From: Candidatus Eiseniibacteriota bacterium
GTDB lineage: Bacteria; Eisenbacteria; RBG-16-71-46; JABDJR01
Reading direction: 5' to 3'
Assembly (NCBI GenBank): GCA_963783375.1
Contig: CAWANH010000028.1
Span: 1,120,001 to 1,184,000 of the forward strand
DNA: 64,000 nucleotides
Shown here one piece after another: positions 1-9,572 of the stretch; the stretch's first letter is position 1; each line of letters opens with the position of its first letter. Under the pieces are notes generated by a model. The model worked only from the letters and a program-made list of their open reading frames with translations. It made no database searches and was not told where the DNA came from. A program made the position numbers and the translations under genes.

Positions 1-1392
1 GATCTGGCCCGGGACGGGAAGGGCCGGCCCATTCCCCTCTACAAACCGCTTCGCCACGACGAGTGCAGCGCCTGCCACCGCGATCCCCACGAGAACCGGC
101 TCGGGCCCGCCTGCGGCAAATGCCACGTCACCGAGGGGTTCAAGAAAACGGCCGCGGGGGGGTTCGATCACGGGGTCACCCGGTACCCCCTGGCCGGCCG
201 CCACGTCGGGCTGGAGTGCGCGAAGTGCCACGATCCGGTGAAGGCGTGGGGCAAGCGCCCGGCCTTTGCCCGCTGCGACGATTGCCACCGGGATCCCCAC
301 GCCGGTGAGACCCGCCTGGCCGGAAAACCCGCGGATTGCGCGGCCTGCCACGCCGTCTCGGGGTTCCGCCCCTCGACCTACACCGTGGACCGCCATCGCG
401 AAGCGGCCTACCCCCTGGAGGGAAAGCATCGCGGCGTGGAGTGTCGCGGGTGCCATCTCCTCAAGCCGGCGAAGGTGCCGGCGGAGAAGCTGGGAGCGGC
501 GGGGATCCTCATGCGCCCCCGCTTCGCCACCTGCCGCGACTGCCACGCCGAAGCGCACGACGGCCAGCTCACCGGCCGCGCCGACGGCGGCGCCTGCCGG
601 ACCTGCCACGCTCCCTCGGGCTGGAAACCGAGCCTCTTCACCGTATCGGACCACGCGACGCTCAAACTTGCGTTGGAAGGCAGGCACGAGGAGATCGCCT
701 GCGCCGCGTGCCACGGCCCCCGCCGCCGCGATCTTCCGGTTCTTCCCGGCCCCGACACCACCGGGACCGCCGGCGTGATGTTGGCGTTGGGGAGCGGCGC
801 GTGCGTGACCTGCCACGTCGACCCCCATTTCGGCCGCTATGATCGCCCCGCCGAGGCCTCGCCGCCGGGCGGTTGCCGCGCCTGCCATGCCGCCTCGACG
901 TTCCGCCCCGCGACCGTCGGCGTGGAAACCCACCGGGAGTATTCCTTCCCCCTGGAAGGGGCGCATCGCGCGGTGCCGTGCACCGGTTGCCACCGGGAAC
1001 TCATGCGGCCGCCCCTGTCCTCGACCTTGGTCGGCGCGGGGGTGAAGCTCGTCCCCCTCCGGTTCAACCAGCACCGAAGCGCCTGCCGGGATTGCCACGA
1101 CGGGCCCCACGGGACGCAGTTCGCGGTTAGGGCGGACAAGGGGGCCTGCGGGACTTGCCACGGGGTCGACGCCTTCGCTCCCGCGGACCACTTCGACCAT
1201 GACCGGGACACGGCGTTCGGCCTCCGAGGCGCCCACGCGAAGGTGGCCTGCGCCGAATGCCATCCCTCACGGAAAGACGCGGACGGAGTGGAGCGGATCC
1301 GCTACCGCCCTACTCCCACCGAGTGCGAGAGCTGTCACCGGGGCGGTCGGCCCGGGACGGGGTCCCGCCGGAACGGGGGGGGCGGATCATGA
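1..1392 (+). CDS. Multiheme c-type cytochrome, 5'-truncated by window edge (16 CxxCH visible)
   Basis: Frame is open from base 1 (DLARDGKG..CSACH..CGKCH..CAKCH) into ORF 238..1392, which has 13 more CxxCH; recurring H..(Y/F)PL.G.H...CxxCH modules; stop TGA overlaps next ATG (ATGA). Confidence 0.95.
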   Translation, partial: DLARDGKGRPIPLYKPLRHDECSACHRDPHENRLGPACGKCHVTEGFKKTAAGGFDHGVTRYPLAGRHVGLECAKCHDPVKAWGKRPAFARCDDCHRDPHAGETRLAGKPADCAACHAVSGFRPSTYTVDRHREAAYPLEGKHRGVECRGCHLLKPAKVPAEKLGAAGILMRPRFATCRDCHAEAHDGQLTGRADGGACRTCHAPSGWKPSLFTVSDHATLKLALEGRHEEIACAACHGPRRRDLPVLPGPDTTGTAGVMLALGSGACVTCHVDPHFGRYDRPAEASPPGGCRACHAASTFRPATVGVETHREYSFPLEGAHRAVPCTGCHRELMRPPLSSTLVGAGVKLVPLRFNQHRSACRDCHDGPHGTQFAVRADKGACGTCHGVDAFAPADHFDHDRDTAFGLRGAHAKVACAECHPSRKDADGVERIRYRPTPTECESCHRGGRPGTGSRRNGGGGS

Positions 1393-4300
1393 GAGGGTGG
1401 AACGGGTTCCTGGCTCGTCTGTGGTCCCGGCGTCCTGGTTGGCGGCTCATCCGCCCGGGGTTTGTGCTGGTCGGCGTGTTCATCGTCTTCGGGGGAGGGA
1501 TGATCTGGGATGCGGTCGGAGCGGGGGCGGACGATGACGAGCCCAAGTACCCGCACGGGTCGTTCCAGGCGGAGTGCAGCATGTGCCACTCCTCGGAGGG
1601 ATGGAAACCGGCACAGATCGGCAAGCAGTTCAAACACGAGAAATACGGGATGCCTCTCGACGGGGCGCACGCCGAGACGCCGTGCCTGTCCTGTCACCGG
1701 TCCCTGGAATTCGCGGACAGCGGCACGCAGTGCGCCGAGTGCCACCAGGACGTGCACAACAGCGAGTTGGGAACGGAGTGCGCGGATTGCCACACCACCC
1801 GGAGCTTCGGGGATCGATCCCGGATGGAGGACCTCCATCAGCTCACCCGGCTGCCCCTGACCGGCGCGCATGCCACGCTGGACTGCGCGGATTGCCACGT
1901 GTCGCAGGCGAAAGGGAAGGGGACCTTCGCCGGGGTGGCGGCGGAATGCGCGTCGTGCCACCTGGCCCGCTACGAGGCCGTGGAGGATCCTCCCCATGAG
2001 GCAGACCACTTCTCAACGGAATGCTCCCTCTGCCACGGCACGTCGAGCTGGAACGGCGGCGCCTTCGAGGCGGCCGGCCTGACGGAGTTCGATCACGGGG
2101 CGACGCTGTTTCCCCTGACCGGGGCGCACACCCGAACGGAGTGCATGACGTGCCATGGGGGTGGGGTATACCGGGGGTTGAGCACGGAGTGCGCAACCTG
2201 CCACCAGTCCGACTACGACGGGACCACGGACCCGGATCATCAGGCCGCCGGGTATCCCTTGGAGTGTGCGAATTGTCACGGCACTGAGAGCTGGTCGGGA
2301 GCGGACTTCAATCACGATGAGACCGGGTTCCCGCTCACCGGGGCTCATGTGGTCCAGCAGTGCCAGAGCTGTCACGGGGGTGGGGTGTACCAGGGGCTGG
2401 GCACGAAGTGCGCGACCTGCCACCAGACCGACTACAATGGGACGACCGAACCGGTGCATAGCGCGGCCGGGTTCCCGGTCACCTGCCAGGACTGCCACAA
2501 CACGACCAACTGGGACGGCGCGACGTTCGACCACAGCACCCAGACCCAGTTCCCCCTCACCGGCGCGCACGTCGCCCAGCAGTGCCAGAGCTGCCACGGG
2601 GGTGGGGTGTACCAGGGGCTGGGCACGGAGTGCGCAACGTGCCACCAGGCGGACTACGATGGGACGACCGAGCCGGTTCACAGCGCGGCCGGGTTCCCGG
2701 TGACCTGCCAGGACTGCCACAACACGACGAACTGGGACGGGGCGACGTTCGATCACGACAGCCAGACCCAGTTCCCGTTGACCGGGGCGCACATCACCCA
2801 GCAGTGCCAGAGCTGTCACGGGGGTGGGGTGTACCAGGGGCTGGGCACGGAGTGCGCAACGTGCCACCAGGCGGACTACGATGGGACGACCGAGCCGGTG
2901 CACAGCGCGGCCGGGTTCCCGGTGACGTGCCAGAACTGCCACAACACGACCAGCTGGGACGGGGCGGTTTTCGATCACGATAGCCAGACCCAGTTCCCGC
3001 TCACCGGCGCGCACGTCGCCCAGCAGTGCCAGAGCTGCCACGGGGGTGGGGTGTACCAGGGGCTGGGCACGGAGTGCGCAACCTGCCACCAGGCGGACTA
3101 CGATGGGACGACCGAGCCGGTTCACAGCGCGGCCGGGTTCCCGGTGACCTGCCAGGACTGCCACAACACGACGAACTGGGACGGGGCGACGTTCGATCAC
3201 GACAGCCAGACCCAGTTCCCGTTGACCGGGGCGCACATCACCCAGCAGTGCCAGAGCTGTCACGGGGGTGGGGTGTACCAGGGGCTGGGCACGGAGTGCG
3301 CAACCTGCCACCAGGCGGACTACGATGGGACGACCGAGCCGGTGCACAGCGCGGCCGGGTTCCCGGTGACGTGCCAGAACTGCCACAACACGACCAGCTG
3401 GGACGGGGCGACGTTCGATCACGACAGCCAGACCCAGTTCCCGTTCACCGGGGCGCACATCGCCCAGCAGTGCCAGAGCTGCCACGGGGGTGGGGTGTAC
3501 CAGGGGCTGGGCACGGAGTGCGCAACCTGCCACCAGGCGGACTACGATGGGACGACCGAGCCGGTTCACAGCGCGGCCGGGTTCCCGGTGACCTGCCAGG
3601 ACTGCCACAACACGACGAACTGGGACGGGGCGACGTTCGATCACGACAGCCAGACCCAGTTCCCCCTCACCGGGGCGCATATCGCGGCTCAATGCCAGAG
3701 CTGCCACGGCGGCGGGGTGTACCAGGGGCTGGGCACGGAGTGCGCGACCTGCCACCAGGCCGACTACGACGGGACCACGGATCCACCTCACGACCCGGCC
3801 GGGTTCCCGGTGACCTGCCAGGACTGCCACAACACGACGAACTGGGACGGGGCGACGTTCGATCACGACAGCCAGACCCAGTTCCCGTTGACCGGGGCGC
3901 ACATCACCCAGCAGTGCCAGAGCTGTCACGGGGGTGGGGTGTACCAGGGGCTGGGCACGGAGTGCGCAACGTGCCACCAGGCGGACTACGATGGGACGAC
4001 CGAGCCGGTGCACAGCGCGGCCGGGTTCCCGGTGACGTGCCAGAACTGCCACAACACGACCAGCTGGGACGGGGCGGTTTTCGATCACGATAGCCAGACC
4101 CAGTTCCCGCTCACCGGCGCGCACGTCGCCCAGCAGTGCCAGAGCTGCCACGGGGGTGGGGTGTACCAGGGGCTGGGCACGGAGTGCGCAACCTGCCACC
4201 AGGCGGACTACGATGGGACGACCGAGCCGGTTCACAGCGCGGCCGGGTTCCCGGTGACCTGCCAGGACTGCCACAACACGACGAACTGGGACGGGGCGAC

Positions 4301-7193
4301 GTTCGATCACGACAGCCAGACCCAGTTCCCCCTCACCGGGGCGCATATCGCGGCTCAATGCCAGAGCTGCCACGGCGGCGGGGTGTACCAGGGGCTGGGC
4401 ACGGAGTGCGCAACCTGCCACCAGACCGACTACGACGGGACGACCGACCCGCCCCACGATCCGGCCGGGTTCCCGGTGACCTGCCAGGACTGCCACAACA
4501 CGACGAACTGGGACGGGGCGACGTTCGACCACGACACCCAGACCCAGTTCCCCCTCACCGGGGCGCACGTCGCCCAGCAGTGCCAGAGCTGCCACGGGGG
4601 TGGGGTGTACCAGGGGCTGGGCACGGAGTGCGCGACCTGCCACCAGTCCGACTACGACGGGACGACCGAGCCGGTTCACAGCGCGGCCGGGTTCCCGGTG
4701 ACCTGCCAGGACTGCCACAACACCACGACCTGGGACGGGGCGACGTTCGACCACAGCACCCAGACCCAGTTCCCCCTCACCGGCGCGCATGTCGCCCAGC
4801 AGTGCCAGAGCTGCCACGGGGGTGGGGTGTACCAGGGGCTGGGCACGGAGTGCGCAACCTGCCACCAGACCGACTACGACGGGACGACCGAACCGGTGCA
4901 CAGCGCGGCCGGGTTCCCGGTGACCTGCCAGGACTGTCACAACACCTCGGCCTGGGACGGCGCGACGTTCGACCACGATACCCAGACCCAGTTCCCGTTG
5001 ACCGGGGCGCACATCACCCAGCAGTGCCAGAGCTGTCACGGGGGTGGGGTGTACCAGGGGCTGAGCACCGAGTGCGCGACCTGCCACCAGACCGACTACG
5101 ACGGGACCACGGACCCGCCCCACGACCCGGCCGGGTTCCCGGTGACCTGCCAGGACTGCCACAACACGACGAACTGGGACGGGGCGACGTTCGACCACAG
5201 CACCCAGACCCAGTTCCCCCTCACCGGGGCGCACATCACCCAGCAGTGCCAGAGCTGCCACGGGGGTGGGGTGTACCAGGGGCTGGGCACCGAGTGCGCG
5301 ACCTGCCACCAGTCCGACTACGACGGGACCACGGACCCGCCTCACGACCCGGCCGGGTTCCCGGTGACCTGCCAGACTGCCACAACACGACGAACTGGGA
5401 CGGGGCGGACTTCGATCACGATACCCAGACCCAGTTCCCGTTGACCGGGGCGCACATCACCCAGCAGTGCCAGAGCTGCCACGGCGGCGGGGTGTACCAG
5501 GGGCTGGGCACGGAGTGCGCGACCTGCCACCAGACCGACTACGACGGGACGACCGACCCGGCCCACGATCCGGCTGGGTTCCCGGTGACCTGCCAGTCGT
5601 GCCACAACACGACGAACTGGGACGGGGCGACGTTCGACCACAGCACCCAGACCCAGTTCCCCCTCACCGGCGCGCACGTCGCCCAGCAGTGCCAGAGCTG
5701 CCACGGGGGTGGGGTGTACCAGGGGCTGGGCACGGAGTGCGCGACCTGCCACCAGTCCGACTACGACGGGACGACCGAGCCGGTTCACAGCGCGGCCGGG
5801 TTCCCGGTGACCTGTCAGGACTGCCACAACACGACGACCTGGGACGGGGCGGTTTTCGATCACGACAGCCAGACCCAGTTCCCGCTGACCGGGGCGCACA
5901 TCACCCAGCAGTGCCAGAGCTGCCACGGCGGCGGGGTGTACCAGGGGCTGGGCACGGAGTGCGCGACCTGCCACCAGGCCGACTACGACGGGACCACGGA
6001 CCCGGCCCACGACCCGGCCGGGTTCCCGGTGACCTGCCAGGACTGCCACAACACGACGAACTGGGACGGCGCGACGTTCGACCACAGCACCCAGACCCAG
6101 TTCCCGCTCACCGGGGCGCATCATCGCGGTCCAATGCCTGAGCTGCCACGGCGGCGGGGTGTACCAGGGGCTGGGCACCGAGTGCGCAACCTGCCACCAG
6201 ACCGACTACGACGGGACCACCGACCCGGTGCACAGCGCGGCCGGGTTCCCGGTGACCTGCCAGGACTGCCACAACACGACGACCTGGGACGGCGCGACGT
6301 TCGACCACAGCACCCAGACCCAGTTCCCGCTCACCGGGGCGCATCTCGCGGTCCAATGTCTGAGTTGCCACGGCGGCGGGGTGTACCAGGGGCTGGGCAC
6401 CGAGTGCGCAACCTGCCACCAGGCCGACTACGACGGGACGACCGAACCGGTCCACAGCGCGGCCGGGTTCCCGGTGACCTGCCAGAACTGCCACAACACC
6501 ACGACCTGGGACGGCGCGACGTTCGACCACAGCACCCAGACCCAGTTCCCGCTCACCGGGGCGCATCTCGCGGTCCAATGTCTGAGCTGCCACGGCGGCG
6601 GGGTGTACCAGGGGCTGGGCACCGAGTGCGCGACCTGCCACCAGACCGACTACAATGGGACGACCGAACCGGTGCATAGCGCGGCCGGGTTCCCGGTGAC
6701 CTGCCAGAACTGTCACAACACCTCGGCCTGGGACGGCGCGACGTTCGACCACAGCACCCAGACCCAGTTCCCCCTCACCGGCGCGCACGTCGCCCAGCAG
6801 TGCCAGAGTTGCCACGGGGGTGGGGTGTACCAGGGGCTGGGCACGGAGTGCGCGACCTGCCACCAGTCCGACTACGACGGGACGACCGAGCCGGTTCACA
6901 GCGCGGCCGGGTTCCCGGTCACCTGCCAGAACTGTCACAACACGACGACCTGGGACGGGGCCACCTTCGACCATGACGCATCGTTCTTCCCGATCTACTC
7001 GGGGAGTCATAGTGGACGATGGAGCGATTGCACCGACTGTCACACCAACAACACGAATTACACCGATTTCACCTGCCTGAGCTGCCATCCGCACGATGAC
7101 AAATCCAAGACCGATGGGGACCATCGGGGCAGATCCGGATACCAATACGACAGCCAGGCTTGTTATTCATGCCATCCCCGGGGGAGCCACTAA
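1389..7193 (+). CDS. Giant tandem-repeat multiheme cytochrome c (~1934 aa, ~76 CxxCH); -1 indel at ~5375 and +1 indel at ~6122 as assembled
   Basis: ATG 1389 overlaps upstream stop; N-terminal hydrophobic segment (FVLVGVFIVFGGG); 7 N-terminal CxxCH + 22 repeats x 3 + 3 C-terminal. Pieces lie in ORFs 1257..5444, 4136..6679 and 6159..7193. Span is 5805 nt = 1935 codons, so the frame is restored net. Confidence 0.9.
2088..6974 (+). repeat. Intragenic tandem array of 22 units, ~222 bp (74 aa) each
   Basis: Consensus FDH(S/D)(T/S)QTQFPLTGAHxxQQCQSCHGGGVYQGLGTECATCHQxDYDGTT(EPVHSA/DPPHDP)AGFPVTCQ(D/N)CHNTTxWDGAT; the GGGVY codons recur at 2376, 2598, 2820 ... 6816, plus a diverged first unit at ~2157. 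Confidence 0.97.
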
Positions 7194-8821
7194 TGACTCG
7201 GTGGGCGAGCGCGGCGCTTACCGTGATCGCGACCGTGCTGGCCTGCCTGGGGGCGCCGTCCCCCGCCCCGGCTGCCGTCGACAACACCTCCATGGCCGAT
7301 AGCAGTGCCCACGTCACCTACGTCACCGGCGACTTGATCTATGTGGACGCGGGACGGCAGAGCGGCCTGGGGGAGGGTCTGGAGCTACAGGTCGAGCGGG
7401 ATGGGAAGGCGGTGGCCACGCTCAAGGTGGAGCACCTCTCCTCCCATCAGGCCTCGTGCTCCGTGATCGGAGATCCGGTCGAGGTGAAGATCGGGGATGT
7501 CGTCCGGTTCCGACCGGTTCCTGCCAAGACGACCGGCGAGAATCCGTCGCCGGCGGCGAGCCGGGCAAATCCCGGCCGGACCGGCTCGGTATCGACGATG
7601 CAGGCGCTCCGGGCCCTGGGTTTCCGGGGACGGGTCGGGGTCCGGTACCTCACCCTGATGGATCAGACCGGGTCCGGCGCCGGCTTCTCCCAGCCCGCGC
7701 TGGACCTCCGGGTGTCCGGGACCCGGATCAACGGGAGCGACCTGGACCTCTTGGTCGATGCCCGGGCGCGCCGTACCTACCGGACGGACGCGAACGGGGG
7801 GCAATCCAACGACGGACGGACCCGCTTCTATCGGCTGAGCCTCTCCCGCCGGGCCGAGGGCTCACCCCTGCGGCTGTCCCTGGGTCGGCAGGTATCCCCC
7901 GACCTGGCCTCGGTGAGCCTCTTCGACGGCCTCCTGGGGGAATACGCAAGACGATCCGTGGCCTTCGGGGTCTTCACCGGTACCCAACCCGATCCCAAGA
8001 CCTACGGCGCCTCGAGCGAAGTGTTCGAATATGGGGGCTATGCCCGGGTGCAGGGCGCGCAGGCCGGAGTGGGCCGTTGGGCGCTCACCGGAGGAGCCAT
8101 CCAATCGCTGGTGAGGGGAGCGGTGAACCGGGACTATCTCTTCCTACGCGGCCGGTACATGAACCGCCGGATGTTCGGGTACCTGACCCAGGAGATCGAC
8201 ATCAATCGCGGCTGGAAGGCGAAGGCCGGCGAACCCCTGCTGACCCCGACCAGCACCTACCTGAACCTCCGCTATCAGCCGGCACCGGCATTGAGTTTCA
8301 CCGCCGGCTTCGACAACCGCCGGAACGTCCGGCTCTATCGGGACCGCGATACGCCGGAGACGGTGTTCGACGACAGCTATCGCCGAGGGCTCCGGGGCGG
8401 GGTGAGCGTGCGCTTTCTGGACCGGTTCCGGGTTGGGGGAGACGCCGGGATCCGCGGCGGGGGCGGGAGCGGCGATTCGAAATCCTTCACCTTCACCACC
8501 CGCATCTCCCGGCTGTCTCCGCTGGCCGTCGATCTGAGCACCCGGCACACGCGCTACACCGGCCCACTCGCCGACGGCTGGCTGCACACGGTTCGGGCGG
8601 GCGGTTCGATCGGCAGGCGGAACCGACTGGAACTGCACGCGGGGGGGAAGCGGGAAGACCGGTTCACCGGACCCGAGACCTCGGCGCAGACGACGTGGCT
8701 CGGTGCCGACCTGGACCTCGGCATCGTGACCGGCTGGTACCTCCTTCTCTCGGGAGAGTCCACCCGGGGAGACGTCGAAAAGAACGACCAGGTCTACACC
8801 AGCTTGTCCTACCGGTTCTGA
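7193..8821 (+). CDS. Outer-membrane beta-barrel protein with N-terminal FlgT_C-like small beta domain; putative porin partner of the cytochromes
   Basis: ATG 7193 overlaps cytochrome TAA (TAATG); signal peptide; IYVDAG..GL..G..L.V.R...VA.L.V domain; amphipathic strands; ends SLSYRF (terminal Phe BAM signal). Confidence 0.8.
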   Translation: MTRWASAALTVIATVLACLGAPSPAPAAVDNTSMADSSAHVTYVTGDLIYVDAGRQSGLGEGLELQVERDGKAVATLKVEHLSSHQASCSVIGDPVEVKIGDVVRFRPVPAKTTGENPSPAASRANPGRTGSVSTMQALRALGFRGRVGVRYLTLMDQTGSGAGFSQPALDLRVSGTRINGSDLDLLVDARARRTYRTDANGGQSNDGRTRFYRLSLSRRAEGSPLRLSLGRQVSPDLASVSLFDGLLGEYARRSVAFGVFTGTQPDPKTYGASSEVFEYGGYARVQGAQAGVGRWALTGGAIQSLVRGAVNRDYLFLRGRYMNRRMFGYLTQEIDINRGWKAKAGEPLLTPTSTYLNLRYQPAPALSFTAGFDNRRNVRLYRDRDTPETVFDDSYRRGLRGGVSVRFLDRFRVGGDAGIRGGGGSGDSKSFTFTTRISRLSPLAVDLSTRHTRYTGPLADGWLHTVRAGGSIGRRNRLELHAGGKREDRFTGPETSAQTTWLGADLDLGIVTGWYLLLSGESTRGDVEKNDQVYTSLSYRF

Positions 8822-8845
8822 GGCCGGATTCGCTACGGCTCCCGG

Positions 8846-9337
8846 TCAGCGCACCTCGATGAGGACGGTTTCCCCGTCCACGCGCACCGGGTAGGGATGA
8901 ATGGGCCCGCCGGCGGGGCCGTCGAGCACCCTCCCCTCGTAATCGAAGAGGGACTTTCCCACGCTGCAGCACTGGAGGACCGGACCGTTCACGCAAGGGT
9001 CCAGCTTTCGCCCCCCGTGCGCGCAGCGGTTCTCGAATGCGTGATACCCGCCGTCGATCCCGTGGATGAGGAGCACCGGCGCCGGGAGCATCGGGCCCTC
9101 GATCCGGACCGCCCCGGCCCTCCGGTTCAGCTCCGAAATCCGGGTCACGTCCACCCGGATCGTGCCGTCGGCGAAGGCCCAGGAATCGGCATCGGCCGGG
9201 GGCTCGGTGGCGGGGATGCCGAAGATGCGCTGGAAGAGGTTTCTCCGGACGCAACTGATGGCGACGGGAGAGGGCGGATCGGCATTCGGCCCCTTGTCCG
9301 TCGCGCGTCGCTCAGCGATCAGGGGTTCCTTCATCAT
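8846..9337 (-). CDS. Rieske-fold [2Fe-2S] protein with atypical second box
   Basis: GGAGG before ATG 9337; AFENRCAHGG..L / LQCCSVGKSLFD..G.VL.GPA..PI..YPV matches Rieske layout, but box 2 lacks His. Confidence 0.75.
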   Translation of the reverse strand: MMKEPLIAERRATDKGPNADPPSPVAISCVRRNLFQRIFGIPATEPPADADSWAFADGTIRVDVTRISELNRRAGAVRIEGPMLPAPVLLIHGIDGGYHAFENRCAHGGRKLDPCVNGPVLQCCSVGKSLFDYEGRVLDGPAGGPIHPYPVRVDGETVLIEVR

Positions 9338-9572
9338 CGTCCCATCCTCCGTGCCATGGGGGTTTCGGGGGTGGCGGACCATGACCGTCAACCGCGGGAC
9401 GCCGGTGATCCGGGCGTGAACCCGCGCGTCGAAGGTACTCCACCACCGACGCCGGCGCAAAACGAATTCGATAACAAAGTTGTTTTGCGATCGTGTTTGT
9501 CCGATGAGCTGATCCAGGATCACCGACCGCGCCGCCGCCGAACAACCGGTCCCCGGGGAAACCGCGCGGCGA

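Noticed and set aside
1425-1445. SRRPGW as a Tat signal
   Set aside because: Poor match to SRRxFLK, and c-type cytochromes are normally Sec-exported
2013-5345. 1110-aa antisense repeat ORF and the repeated 64-aa MPSPWYTPPPW ORFs
   Set aside because: Shadows of the cytochrome repeat on the opposite strand; synonymous variation follows the + strand frame
2490-6950. HNTT in each repeat as an N-glycosylation sequon
   Set aside because: Lacks the D/E at -2 typical of bacterial PglB sites, and it directly follows the heme-ligating His
2088-6974. Array as CRISPR or non-coding satellite
   Set aside because: No unique spacers; unit length is a multiple of 3 and encodes CxxCH motifs
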